Below, piece by piece: positions 1 through 12,430 of a DNA stretch of 64,000 nucleotides. The DNA comes from Candidatus Oxydemutatoraceae bacterium. GTDB lineage: Bacteria > Pseudomonadota > Gammaproteobacteria > Poriferisulfidales > Oxydemutatoraceae. The stretch is from contig OZ245335.1 of NCBI GenBank assembly GCA_965226235.1, positions 1,385,552 to 1,449,551 of the forward strand. Reading direction: 5' to 3'. The position numbers and the translations under genes are program-made. Below the pieces are notes generated by a model, which saw only the letters and a program-made list of their open reading frames with translations, was not told the origin of the DNA and ran no database searches. The first letter of the stretch is position 1. Each line of letters starts with the position of its first letter.

Positions 1-2
1 AA

Positions 3-389
3 AAAGAACAGGCTTATGGAACCGGAAGGCGCAAGAGTTCGGTCGCGCGAGTATACATGCACACGGGCACGGGTGCTTTCAGCGTCAACAACCGCGGGAT
101 GGAAGAGTACTTTGGCCGGGAGAGTCTGTGCATGCTGATCCGCCAGCCGCTGGATAAAACCGAGATGAACGGAAAGTTCGATTTCAAGGTGATGGTCAAG
201 GGGGGAGGGACCTCGGGTCAGGCAGGCGCTGTCCGCCTGGGCGTCGCCCGGGCGTTGCTTCAATACGAAAAAGAATTGCGCCAGCCGTTGAGGGAAAGCG
301 GGTTTCTGACTCGCGACGCGCGCATTGTCGAGCGCAAGAAAGTCGGGCTGCACAAAGCCCGCAAGGCTACACAGTACTCCAAACGCTGA
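3..389 (+). CDS. rpsI: 30S ribosomal protein S9, 5'-truncated by window edge
   Basis: Frame open from position 3 ([17 protein letters not shown]). Contains [38 protein letters not shown]. Confidence 0.98.
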   Translation, partial: KEQAYGTGRRKSSVARVYMHTGTGAFSVNNRGMEEYFGRESLCMLIRQPLDKTEMNGKFDFKVMVKGGGTSGQAGAVRLGVARALLQYEKELRQPLRESGFLTRDARIVERKKVGLHKARKATQYSKR

Positions 390-393
390 TTGG

Positions 394-421
394 TGCCGGT
401 CGCTGTTCATCGCGACCGGCA
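394..421 (+). terminator. GC-rich hairpin after rpsI, possible terminator
   Basis: tgccggtcgc-N8-gcgaccggca stem, with no clear U-tract. Confidence 0.4.
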
Positions 422-481
422 TTACTGAATCACCCGCGACGGAACGGTTCTAATTGCCAACAAACCTCGAGAAACGAAGCG

Positions 482-682
482 ATGACCAAGCAAGAAAAAA
501 TTCTCAGGATGATCGAGATGCAGAAAAAGTTCATCGAAAAAGAACAGGCAAGCGGTGTAACCGCTGAAGAGTATTTCGTACCGACGGGAGATTCGCCCTT
601 GAAGGGCTACCGCGAGGAGTACCTGAAGCTCGCCATGGAAGTCCTTGATGACGCGCATGAGGAAGTCGGCTCTCACCGCTGA
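482..682 (+). CDS. small hypothetical protein (66 aa)
   Basis: ATG start and a natural charged, helical composition. Same orientation as the next ORF. Confidence 0.7.
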   Translation: MTKQEKILRMIEMQKKFIEKEQASGVTAEEYFVPTGDSPLKGYREEYLKLAMEVLDDAHEEVGSHR

Positions 683-721
683 CAGGGCATCCGCGACTCC
701 AGCGTCTGCTACCGCTTTCGC

Positions 722-1066
722 ATGGTGCTGAACATCCAGATCAACGACCGGGAATACCCGGTGGAAGTGCCGGATCCGTTGCTGGATGACGCAGAAGATT
801 TTTTCCGCAGATTGAATCAAGACATGGATCGAGGCTACCAGATGAGTCGGCAATGGGTGGACAACCCAAGCGTGGAGCAGCGCTGCCAAATCGTCGCCGA
901 CCGTATCCTGACGGCGGTCCATCAAAAAAACCGTTACATGGTAGGCTTGGGCAGTGCTTACATCCTGAAGCACATGCCGGGTGTCAGTCGCGTCAGAATA
1001 GATACCGCAGGCGATATGATGCACACCGCGTTTGAATTCCGTGCAGCGGAACCGCAGACGGCCTAA
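722..1066 (+). CDS. hypothetical protein (114 aa)
   Basis: Protein-like composition. Stop overlaps the convergent lysA stop. Confidence 0.75.
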   Translation: MVLNIQINDREYPVEVPDPLLDDAEDFFRRLNQDMDRGYQMSRQWVDNPSVEQRCQIVADRILTAVHQKNRYMVGLGSAYILKHMPGVSRVRIDTAGDMMHTAFEFRAAEPQTA

Positions 1067-2339
1067 ACCACGATTTCTCCGGCGACCAGTGCCTCGAATG
1101 TCTCCCTGCTGCGGATGAGCAGTGCCTTGCCGTCACGAATCAGCACTTCGGCAGGGCGCTGCCGTGAATTGTAGTTGCCCGCCATCGAAAACCCGTACGC
1201 GCCTGTTGACAAAACGGCGAGCAGATCCCCTTCGGCAATCGTCAGGTTGCAGTCTTTGGCGATAACGTCGGTGCTTTCGCACACAGGGCCGACAATGTCG
1301 TAGTCGGCCGCCGGTAGGCTGCGGGGGGCGGCCTCGACAGACACCACGCGGTGGCTGGCAGCATACAGGGCCGGCCGTAACAAGTCGTTCATTGCTGCGT
1401 CGACCACGGCAAAGTTGCGCGGGCTTTCGGTTTTCAGATAAATAACGCGCGTCAGCAGCAAGCCGGCGTCCGCGATGAGCGCACGCCCCGGTTCGATCAG
1501 AACCGTCCAGGGGCATCCCTGATGGCAATGCTCGGCCAGTGCTTCAAGCAGACAGCCGACATATTCATCTGCTGCGGGGACTTCCCTGCCATCGTAGGAG
1601 ACACCGAATCCTCCACCGAAGTCGATCTGGCGCAGTTCGATGCCACGGGCTTCCGCCGCGTGAGCAAACTGCAGCATGCGCGCGAACGCCGTCGCAAAAG
1701 GTGCCAGCGCCGTGATTTGTGAGCCGATATGGCAACTGATGCCAACGACTTCAAGAAAGTCGCTTTTTGCTGCAACCTGGCATAGTTCCATCGCTGTTTT
1801 CTCCGGCAGACCGAACTTGTTTTCTTTCATGCCCGTTGCGATATGCGCGTGGGTGTCGACTTCCACGTCCGGGTTAATACGCAGACATACCGGCGCCACT
1901 TTCCCCAGGCTCCTGGCGTAGCGCTCGATCGCTTTCAGTTCGGAAACCGATTCGATGTTGAAGCAACGGATACCGACTTCCAAAGCGCGACGGATTTCGC
2001 TTTCGCGTTTTCCGACGCCGGAAAAAACCACGCGCGATGGTTCTCCTCGCGCCAGCAACACCCGTTCGAGTTCTCCCCCGGAGACGATGTCGAAGCCGCT
2101 ACCGAGGCGCGCGAAAGAATTGAGTACGGCGATGTTGGAACACGCCTTGACCGCGTAGCAAACCAGATGCTTTTGATCACCGAACGCGCGATCAAAAGCT
2201 TGCCATCTTGCCGTCATCGCCGCGTGTGAATAGACGTAGGTGGGGCTGCCAAACTCCCGCGCCACTTCGACCAGGGACACACCATCCAGACAAAGACCCG
2301 TGTCGGTGGGTTGCAAAGAAGGCAAGGTCGATTTCCGCA

Positions 2340-2340
<1 letters not shown>
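1063..2340 (-). CDS. lysA: diaminopimelate decarboxylase
   Basis: YAVKAC (PLP lysine), HIGSQ, EPGR, GPVCES, GAYG and NYNSR motifs. Confidence 0.97.
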
Positions 2341-4988
<2,648 letters not shown>

Positions 4989-5078
4989 AATCAGGTGGCG
5001 GCAGGCCGATGAAACCGGCAGGAACAGACGCGGCTTTCGTTACTCGGCCCTGGCGTTGTCGGTTCTGACCGCGATGAG

Positions 5079-5864
5079 ATGAAAATAGCGTCCTGGAATG
5101 TCAATTCCCTGAGGGCGCGGATGCCGCATGTGCGGGCGTGGCTGGAGGCAGCCTCGATTGATGTGCTCGCGCTCCAGGAGACCAAGGTGCAGGATGCCGA
5201 TTTTCCCTACGCCGAGATCGCAGGCTGGGGATACCATGTCGCGTATTCGGGGCAAAAGACATATAACGGCGTCGCCGTATTGAGTCGCGGCATGCCTGTC
5301 GAAGAGATGTCCACCGAGGAAACGGCCGGGCTTGACCCAGGCCAGAAGCGAATCCTGGCTGTGTCTGTCGGCGACATACGCGTGATCGACCTGTACGTGG
5401 TACAGGGAAGGGCAGTTGGCTCTGAAAAGTATGCCTACAAACTGGAATGGCTGAAATCGGTGACGGCGTTTGTCAGGCAGGAACTGGCGCGATACCGCAA
5501 GCTGGTCGTGGTGGGCGACTTCAATGTTGCGCCCTTGGATGAGGATGTACACGATCCTGAAAAATGGGACGGCGCAATCATGTGTAGCCGCGCCGAGCGC
5601 GCAGCGCTCCGCGAGATACAGGCACTCGGTCTCACCGATACGTTTCGCTTGTTCGATCAGCCCGCGGGCGAGTTCAGTTGGTGGGACTATCGTGGCGGCG
5701 GATTTCGTCGCAATCACGGGCTGCGCATCGACCTGATTCTCGCGAGCCAGGGAATGTCTCTCTGCTGCCATCGCGCCTTCATAGACAAGGAGCCAAGAGG
5801 GTGGGAACGGCCATCGGACCATGCTCCGGTAGTCGCCGAGTTCAGAGAAATCGAAGTGGTCTGA
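5079..5864 (+). CDS. xth: exodeoxyribonuclease III
   Basis: SWNVNS, LQETK, GDFN, WWDYR, GLRIDL and SDHAPV motifs. Confidence 0.96.
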   Translation: MKIASWNVNSLRARMPHVRAWLEAASIDVLALQETKVQDADFPYAEIAGWGYHVAYSGQKTYNGVAVLSRGMPVEEMSTEETAGLDPGQKRILAVSVGDIRVIDLYVVQGRAVGSEKYAYKLEWLKSVTAFVRQELARYRKLVVVGDFNVAPLDEDVHDPEKWDGAIMCSRAERAALREIQALGLTDTFRLFDQPAGEFSWWDYRGGGFRRNHGLRIDLILASQGMSLCCHRAFIDKEPRGWERPSDHAPVVAEFREIEVV

Positions 5865-5961
5865 ACTTCGGGTTCAAACCAGCTTCAATCTGGTGCCAGG
5901 ATTACCGGTGTCTGCAATTCGCCCGACTGTTTTCACTTCCCATTCGACGGTGTCCCCAGAG
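5843..5961 (+). repeat. left copy of ~118-bp degenerate direct repeat (intact xth 3' end plus decayed FAH 3' end)
   Basis: Aligns to 7107-7224, e.g. tgcaattcgcccgactgttt and cattcgacggtgtc are shared. Confidence 0.9.
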
Positions 5962-6040
5962 TACCCTGCGGAAGCGATGCAGTGCTCCGCCCCCCACACC
6001 GGCGCGAGGTAGCGCACGCCACCTTCGCTCGGGGAAAGCT
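5962..6040 (-). pseudogene. decayed copy of the 5' end of the DASS transporter gene (source ~46361-46470)
   Basis: Reads SEGGVRYLA..EHCIA versus SEGDVRYPA..EHFIA in the source, with an internal ~27-bp deletion. Confidence 0.8.
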
Positions 6041-6117
6041 CTACAGAGGTGCCGGATGGCCCGGAGCAATCGCCGGCCAGAGGGGGCACCCGGTTGCGTT
6101 ATCGTCCGCTCATCGCA

Positions 6118-6960
6118 TCAGTCGCCGAACCGGTAACCGAACAAGTCAATATCTTTTGCATATTTACGCGCAACCAGGTCACGGGTTTCCTTGGTGTAAA
6201 GACCCATGTAGCTGTCGGTGGATGCCTGTGTCACGTTGGTTTTTGTCTGTGCCCATTTGAGCAGGCGTTGGTCGAGACCGGTGCGACGGATGATGGCGGT
6301 AAGGTCATCGGCAAAACGCTCCATATGCCCGATAAAGTCAATGGCATCGCGGTCGATAAACCGGTGCTGGGGTCTGAAATGCGGTTCGCACAAGTCGTCC
6401 GGAACACGGCAGACGAAACGTACAAAATCAGGGAACGTCATTCGTTCGAACCTGATCCCGGGGTATAAGTTGTTGAACTCAAGGAATCGGCGCGGGCGTG
6501 TATTGAGGACTTTGTTGGTATAACACGAGGCGAGTCTCGACCAGGGATTTCTGACAAATGTAAAATGAAACACATGGTCGAATCCGGGCGGATCCGATGG
6601 AGACTTGAAGCCATCTTCGTGCCTTCTTACAGATACCAGACGATTGTCATCACTTTCAAGGGTGTTGAGGCGCGCAGCCACCCTGTGCACGTGCGCTGCT
6701 TTTGCAGGCAATGGATGACCTATGGCGTCGAAGAGTAGAAGTTTGACCGTCGTGCACCCGGTTTTGGGAATCGAGTGGTAGGCAAGGCAACTGCCATTGC
6801 TTTTCACAAAGAGGGTTTGACGATTATTGATCCCGGGCAGGTATCTTTTCCAGCGCAATGCCGGGGCACAACCGAAGTAACCGTAGTAGGGCACCTTGTA
6901 AACAAGCAGAATCTGGTATTTTAGATGCCACCAGAATTTTCGGATTTTTTTATTGATCAT
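6118..6960 (-). CDS. sulfotransferase family 2 protein, paralog of 45445-46278
   Basis: 5'-PSB motif IPKTGCTT, 3'-PB motif FVRNPWSRLAS, HFRPQ, and C-terminal YAKDIDLFGY. Confidence 0.88.
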   Translation of the reverse strand: MINKKIRKFWWHLKYQILLVYKVPYYGYFGCAPALRWKRYLPGINNRQTLFVKSNGSCLAYHSIPKTGCTTVKLLLFDAIGHPLPAKAAHVHRVAARLNTLESDDNRLVSVRRHEDGFKSPSDPPGFDHVFHFTFVRNPWSRLASCYTNKVLNTRPRRFLEFNNLYPGIRFERMTFPDFVRFVCRVPDDLCEPHFRPQHRFIDRDAIDFIGHMERFADDLTAIIRRTGLDQRLLKWAQTKTNVTQASTDSYMGLYTKETRDLVARKYAKDIDLFGYRFGD

Positions 6961-6972
6961 GGCAATGTTGTT

Positions 6973-7106
6973 TATGGCGCAGGATCATTGCCCCTTTTGC
7001 GATGCATCCAGGCTTCCAGCGTTGCTATCAGCGCTCGATCTCATACGCGAATACCCACTCAACACGGCGATACATAGCTGTAATAATACCCTCGGGAACG
7101 CTTGAG
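6973..7106 (-). pseudogene. decayed copy of the bioF 3' end (source ~45297-45433)
   Basis: Reverse complement shares caagcgttccc, atgagatcgagcg, ctggaagcc and gccataaacaac with the bioF end. Confidence 0.85.
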
Positions 7107-7224
7107 CAGAGCGACCGACACGGTCTGGACCCCGGATTCAGGCCAGCTTCAACCTGATGCCGGAACCACCGTGTTTGCAATTCGCCCGACTGTTTCCACT
7201 TCGCATTCGACGGTGTCTCCAGGG
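7107..7224 (+). repeat. right copy of ~118-bp direct repeat (decayed xth 3' end plus intact FAH 3' end)
   Basis: Aligns to 5843-5961. Confidence 0.9.
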
Positions 7225-8042
7225 CGCAGATATTCCGGTGGTTTTCGGGCGTAGCCGACGCCGGCCGGGGTTCCCGTGGCAATGATGTCACCCGCTTCAA
7301 GCCCCGGACATTTCGAGATATACGAAATGACGGTCGCCACGTCGAAGATCTGGAACGCCGTCGAAGCATCCTGCTTCAGTTCACCATTGACCCGGCATTG
7401 AAGCCGCAGTACCTGTGGGTTCGGGATTTCATCGGCGGTCGTGATCGCGGGACCGATCGGGCATGAGGCCGGCAGGCTCTTGGAGAGGTAGAACTGCTTA
7501 TGGCGCTTTTGCAACTCGCGCGCGGTGATGTCATTGATCACAACGTAGCCGAACACATACTCCAACGCTTTTTCGGGGGGAACCTTGTGCCCGGCGCGCC
7601 CGATGACGACACCCAGTTCGACTTCCCAGTCGAGTTTGTCCGATATCCCGGGGTCATGCGGGATATCGTCGAACGGCCCCGTCACGCAGGAAGCCGCCTT
7701 GGTAAACATGATTGGATACTGTGGCAAATCGGGATGATCGCCAGCGGTTTTGGTTTCCCGCAGGTGATCGGAATAATTCCAGCCCATGCAGATAATGTTT
7801 TTTCGTGGCCGCAGGATCGGCGCCATGAGCCGCACATCATCCATCGCCACGGTGATTTCGTCTCCCGAAGCAGCGATGAACGCGCGCAGTGCCTGCATCC
7901 CTCCGTCGCCCGCCTCAATCAGCGATTGGACGTCGGAGAGCCGGCTGTCCCAGTCCTGCGACAACATGGGCAGAGCAACCCCGTTACCGGTCATGACACC
8001 CATGCAGACCTGGTTTCTATATCGGCAGGTCACCAGTTTCAT
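7149..8042 (-). CDS. fumarylacetoacetate hydrolase family protein
   Basis: ICMGWNYSDH, DWEVELGVVIG, NDITAR, GDIIATGTPAGVG. Start set at MKLVT. Confidence 0.92.
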   Translation of the reverse strand: MKLVTCRYRNQVCMGVMTGNGVALPMLSQDWDSRLSDVQSLIEAGDGGMQALRAFIAASGDEITVAMDDVRLMAPILRPRKNIICMGWNYSDHLRETKTAGDHPDLPQYPIMFTKAASCVTGPFDDIPHDPGISDKLDWEVELGVVIGRAGHKVPPEKALEYVFGYVVINDITARELQKRHKQFYLSKSLPASCPIGPAITTADEIPNPQVLRLQCRVNGELKQDASTAFQIFDVATVISYISKCPGLEAGDIIATGTPAGVGYARKPPEYLRPGDTVECEVETVGRIANTVVPASG

Positions 8043-8276
8043 GAGGGAATTATACACATTGGCGATACCGGTTTCGTATCTCACCATGGAGGCCTGCCAG
8101 ACCGCAGAGGTGAAAGTTCGCTGGCAATCAGGTGTCGGTTGGTAAAGAGTCGCGCTTGCAGACTTCCATGGCCGCAGTAGTTTCGCTTTTGCAAAAGGCG
8201 GCGACCGATATAATGTCTCCAAACTGTTGCCGTCGATTGGCTACAATGCGTCGGTACATCCTGCCACAATCTCTCG

Positions 8277-9362
8277 ATGAGGACGTTTCATACAATCCGC
8301 CACGCGACGGTTGCCGCGACGGTTGCCTTCGGGCTGCTCGGTTATGCCGGGGTTGCGTTGTCGCAGCCGCCGGCGGTGCCGGTGGTCACTGCCGACACCG
8401 TTCGTGGCAAAGTCCAGAGCACCCTCCAGTTCAGCGGAGCCTTGATCAGCTTCAACGAGGCCGCATTGTCGGCGGAAATCGAGGCCCGCGTAATCCAGGT
8501 GGCAAAGATCGGCACTCGCCTGCTCAAGGGGGAAGTGATCGCGCAGTTGGACGACACACTGTTACGGCAGGTTCTTGCCGAGAACCAGGCCGACGTGCAG
8601 ACCCGTCGCGAGCGCATTGGATTTTTGCAAAATGAAGTGAAACGGCTGCGGGAGCTGACAACGCAGAACAACGCCGCGATCAGCCTGCTTGAAGAAACGC
8701 AGGCCGACCTGGGTGCGACACGTAGCGAACTGGCGGCGGCTTTGGCACGCGTGGCGCAGACCGAGGAAAGAATCCGCCGCACCAAACCCGTTGCCCCTTT
8801 CGCCGGCGTGATCAGCAGGGTGCACACCGAGGTTGGCGAATGGGCGTCCGTGGGCGACCCGATCGTGGAACTCGTCGATACTGAAACGCTGGAGATTGAA
8901 ACGTTCGTGTCTGCCGAGGTTCTTCCCCACATAAATGTGGGTGATTCGATCGGGATCAAAGCGGAAGGGCAGATCCATCGGGCCACGCTGCAGGTCATTG
9001 TGCCGGTTGGCGACCCGGTATCGCGATTGTTTGAACTACGCTTGACGCCGCAGGAGGCAATCGGCCCACCGGGTCTGGCGGTACAGGTCCTGGTGCCTGT
9101 GGCTTCGCCCCGCGACAGCCTGCTGGTTCCCGAGGATGCGCTGGTGATCCGCCGTGATGGCATCAGCGTGTTCCGCATCGAGGAAGATATGACCGCGTCG
9201 CGTATCCCGGTAACAACCGGCTTGTCGGCCCAGGGAGGGCTGGTGGAGGTGATCGGCGCGCTTGAGGCTGGCGACAAGGTTGTGGTTCGCGGCGGGGAGC
9301 GTTTGCGCGATGGTGCCGCGGTGCGACTGGTGCCACCCGTCAGCGGCAACGACAGCAATTGA
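8277..9362 (+). CDS. RND efflux periplasmic adaptor (MFP)
   Basis: Signal peptide, lipoyl-like KGEVIAQLDD and APFAGVI halves, and a coiled coil. Confidence 0.9.
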   Translation: MRTFHTIRHATVAATVAFGLLGYAGVALSQPPAVPVVTADTVRGKVQSTLQFSGALISFNEAALSAEIEARVIQVAKIGTRLLKGEVIAQLDDTLLRQVLAENQADVQTRRERIGFLQNEVKRLRELTTQNNAAISLLEETQADLGATRSELAAALARVAQTEERIRRTKPVAPFAGVISRVHTEVGEWASVGDPIVELVDTETLEIETFVSAEVLPHINVGDSIGIKAEGQIHRATLQVIVPVGDPVSRLFELRLTPQEAIGPPGLAVQVLVPVASPRDSLLVPEDALVIRRDGISVFRIEEDMTASRIPVTTGLSAQGGLVEVIGALEAGDKVVVRGGERLRDGAAVRLVPPVSGNDSN

Positions 9363-12300
9363 TGCAGGCGGCGCGGGCGATTCTGGATAACCCCATCGCG
9401 GGTTACGTCGTGCTGCTTTTCTTCGTGATTTTCGGTGGGGTTTCGCTAAGCAAACTTCCCGTGCAACTCACGCCGGAGGTACAGGAAGCGGAGATCAAAA
9501 TCACGACCAACTGGCGCGCGGCGACACCGGAGGAGATAGAGTCCGAGATTATCGAGCCGCAGGAAGACGCGCTGAAGGGATTGCCCGGGGTCACCCGGAT
9601 GTTGTCCGAAGCGCGCCGGGGCAACGGCACCTTGACGCTGACTTTCGAACTCGGATTCAGCCTTGAGCGGGCGTTGATCGAGGTGCTCAACGGGCTCAAC
9701 CGCGTACCTTCCTACCCGCCTGACACCGACGAGCCAATTCTCAGCACGACCGGCGAATCGAGTCGCCCGATTGCCTGGTTCATCCTCAAGACATTGCCCG
9801 GCAACGACAACGATATCAGCAACTATCAGTACCTGGTGGAGGAACTGGTGCAAACGCGGTTTGAACGCATTCGAGGCGTTTCCCAATCAGAGGTGCGAGG
9901 CGCGCTGGAGCAGGAGTTGCGTATCACCATCGATCCATACAAAGCCGCGAGCCGCAACATTTCACTGCCCGAGTCTGCCGAGCTCATCGGTGGGCAGGAA
10001 GACATTTCCGGCGGCACCAAGGACATCAACAAGCGTGCGTACAACATTCGCTTTCTCGGCAGCTACGATGCTGAAACCCTGGGGGACATGGTGCTCGGTT
10101 GGCGCGACCAAAAGCCGGTCAGGCTGCGCGATATCGCCGATATCGAATTGCGCCCGATCGATCGCAACACCTTTGTCGTCAATAACGGAGAACGCGCCAT
10201 CGCGGTCAACGCTTCCCGCGAGTCGGGCGTCAACGTCATCGAAGTCATGAATCAACTGAAAGCGGCCGTTGCCGAACTTCGGGAAGGGCCGCTGAAGCGG
10301 ATGGGATTGAGCCTGGAGCAGGTTTATGACGAGACGCTTTATATCGAAGACGCGATCACCCTGTTGTTCACCAACCTGGGCGTTGGCCTGTTGCTTGCGA
10401 TCGCCGTTCTATGGTGGTTTACAAGGCGCTTACGTGTCACGCTGATCGTTGCCGTCAGCATTCCGATTTCATTGTTTGCCGCGCTGATCACGCTCCAGAT
10501 CACAGGCCGCACGCTGAACACGATATCGCTCGCGGCACTCGCACTCGCGGTGGGCATGGTACTCGATGCCTCCATTATCGCGATCGAGAACATTCTGCGC
10601 CTGCGAGCGACCGGCCTTTCTTCGTCCCGGGCGGCGCTGAAAGGAACCGGGCAAGTCAGAGGCGCATTGATCGCGTCTACCGCGACGACCGTGGCCGTTT
10701 TCCTGCCGATTCTGCTACTTGAGGGTGAGGCCGGACAACTGTTTGCAGACCTCGCCATTGGTCTGTCCGCGTCGATCCTGGTGTCGTTGTTCGCGGCACT
10801 GATTATCGTCCCCGGGCTGAGCCATGAATGGCTCCAGCACGGCACGACCTCGGATCACCTGAGTGCGGTATGGGATCGCTGGACCGACAAGATCATGCGC
10901 CTGACCGACGATGTGCGTCGCAGGCGTGCCTTGATCGTGACACTGTTCCTGGTGCCGGCGGTATTGAGCGTGATGCTGGTTCCCAAGGCCGACTATTTGC
11001 CGGCGGGCAGCCGCAACCTGATTTTTGCGTATCTGTTGCCGCCGCCCGGGACGAATATCACGACGCTTGAAAAAGAAATGGGGGATGTCATCGCGGCAAA
11101 GCTGGCGCCGTACATGGTGGGAGAAAAGACGCCCCGAGTCAGCCAGTACTTTTTTGTCGCCTTCCCGCAAGGCGCGTTCATGGGAGCGCGCGCGGAGAAT
11201 GCCGACGAGGCCGACGAACTGGTTCCTGTAATCAACGGCCTGTTTCAGGATTTCCCCGACACACTGGCGTTTGCGCAACGCGCCTCGTTGTTCAGTCGAG
11301 GCAACACACGCACGGTCGAGTTGAACCTGCAAAGCCGCGACATCGAGGCTTTGCTGAATGCCGGAACGGTCGCCTATGGGCTGATTCCCCAGGCACTTCC
11401 TGGCGCGCGCATCAGACCGCGCCCAGGTCTGGAACTCGCCGAACCGCAGTTGTTGCTTGAGCCCAATGAAATACGCATTGCCGAAATCGGTTGGACAAGA
11501 CGACACGTCGGAATGATTGCGCGAGCGGTTGGCGAGGGTCTTTTCCTGACTGATTATTTCGACGGCGATCGCCGTTTCGATGTGATTGTACGCATCGACG
11601 ACTGGAGCACACCGGAGGAACTCGCGGCCATCCCGCTGGCGACGCCGCAAGCACAGATGCTGCCGCTTGGCGAGTTGGTTTCCATCCGCCGCATCGCAGG
11701 CCCCGATCGCATTCGCCGCCTGGATCGCCGGCGCACGCTTACCCTGGAGGTGATCGCACCGCCAGAGACATCGCTGGAGGACACCCTGTCGATACTGCAA
11801 CAACAAATCGAGCCTGTTCTGTATCAGCAACTGCCTGCCGAAGCCACGATCACCTACACGGGAAGCGCGGACAAACTGAAAACCGCGCTGTCAGGAATGC
11901 AAGGGGCCTTCCTGCTCGCTGTAGTAATTCTTTACCTGCTGATTTCGGTGCTGTTTCGCTCCTTCAAAGACAGCCTGCTCGTGGTCGTCAGCCTGCCACT
12001 GGCCGCGGTGGGCGGCATCCTGCTGCTACGGGGATTGAATCTGTTTCTATTCCAGCCGATGGATCTCCTGACGATGATCGGCTTCGTGATCGTGCTCGGG
12101 CTGGTTGTCAACAACGCGATACTGCTGGTGCACCAGACGCGCGCGGCGCAGCGTGAAGGCACCCCCCTTACCGACGCGGTACGTCAGGCTGTCAACCTGC
12201 GGCTGCGTCCGATTCTGATGAGCACGACGACCAGCTTGTTCGGGATGCTGCCGCTGCTGGTTGCACCCGGCGCCGGGGCCGAACTGTATCGAGGACTGGC

Positions 12301-12400
12301 CGCCGTGATCATCGGCGGACTGCTGATCAGCGCATTGTTTACCCTGGTATTGCTGCCGAGTCTGCTCCGCGGGGTCAGGGGCAATCGGCCCACGGCTTGA
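9359..12400 (+). CDS. RND efflux permease (AcrB/AcrD/AcrF family)
   Basis: 1013 aa with RND topology. GMVLDASII-ENI and RLRPILMST motifs. Confidence 0.93.
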   Translation: MMQAARAILDNPIAGYVVLLFFVIFGGVSLSKLPVQLTPEVQEAEIKITTNWRAATPEEIESEIIEPQEDALKGLPGVTRMLSEARRGNGTLTLTFELGFSLERALIEVLNGLNRVPSYPPDTDEPILSTTGESSRPIAWFILKTLPGNDNDISNYQYLVEELVQTRFERIRGVSQSEVRGALEQELRITIDPYKAASRNISLPESAELIGGQEDISGGTKDINKRAYNIRFLGSYDAETLGDMVLGWRDQKPVRLRDIADIELRPIDRNTFVVNNGERAIAVNASRESGVNVIEVMNQLKAAVAELREGPLKRMGLSLEQVYDETLYIEDAITLLFTNLGVGLLLAIAVLWWFTRRLRVTLIVAVSIPISLFAALITLQITGRTLNTISLAALALAVGMVLDASIIAIENILRLRATGLSSSRAALKGTGQVRGALIASTATTVAVFLPILLLEGEAGQLFADLAIGLSASILVSLFAALIIVPGLSHEWLQHGTTSDHLSAVWDRWTDKIMRLTDDVRRRRALIVTLFLVPAVLSVMLVPKADYLPAGSRNLIFAYLLPPPGTNITTLEKEMGDVIAAKLAPYMVGEKTPRVSQYFFVAFPQGAFMGARAENADEADELVPVINGLFQDFPDTLAFAQRASLFSRGNTRTVELNLQSRDIEALLNAGTVAYGLIPQALPGARIRPRPGLELAEPQLLLEPNEIRIAEIGWTRRHVGMIARAVGEGLFLTDYFDGDRRFDVIVRIDDWSTPEELAAIPLATPQAQMLPLGELVSIRRIAGPDRIRRLDRRRTLTLEVIAPPETSLEDTLSILQQQIEPVLYQQLPAEATITYTGSADKLKTALSGMQGAFLLAVVILYLLISVLFRSFKDSLLVVVSLPLAAVGGILLLRGLNLFLFQPMDLLTMIGFVIVLGLVVNNAILLVHQTRAAQREGTPLTDAVRQAVNLRLRPILMSTTTSLFGMLPLLVAPGAGAELYRGLAAVIIGGLLISALFTLVLLPSLLRGVRGNRPTA

Positions 12401-12430
12401 CCGCATCTGCCCGGATCAGCCGGATCGGCT

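Noticed and set aside
5874-6089. 71-aa ORF as a novel gene
   Set aside because: It is a chance fusion of the DASS 5' relic and the FAH 3' relic.
10550-12130. Non-AcrB proton-relay residues in the RND permease (DA, NN)
   Set aside because: Such variants are common in other RND subfamilies.
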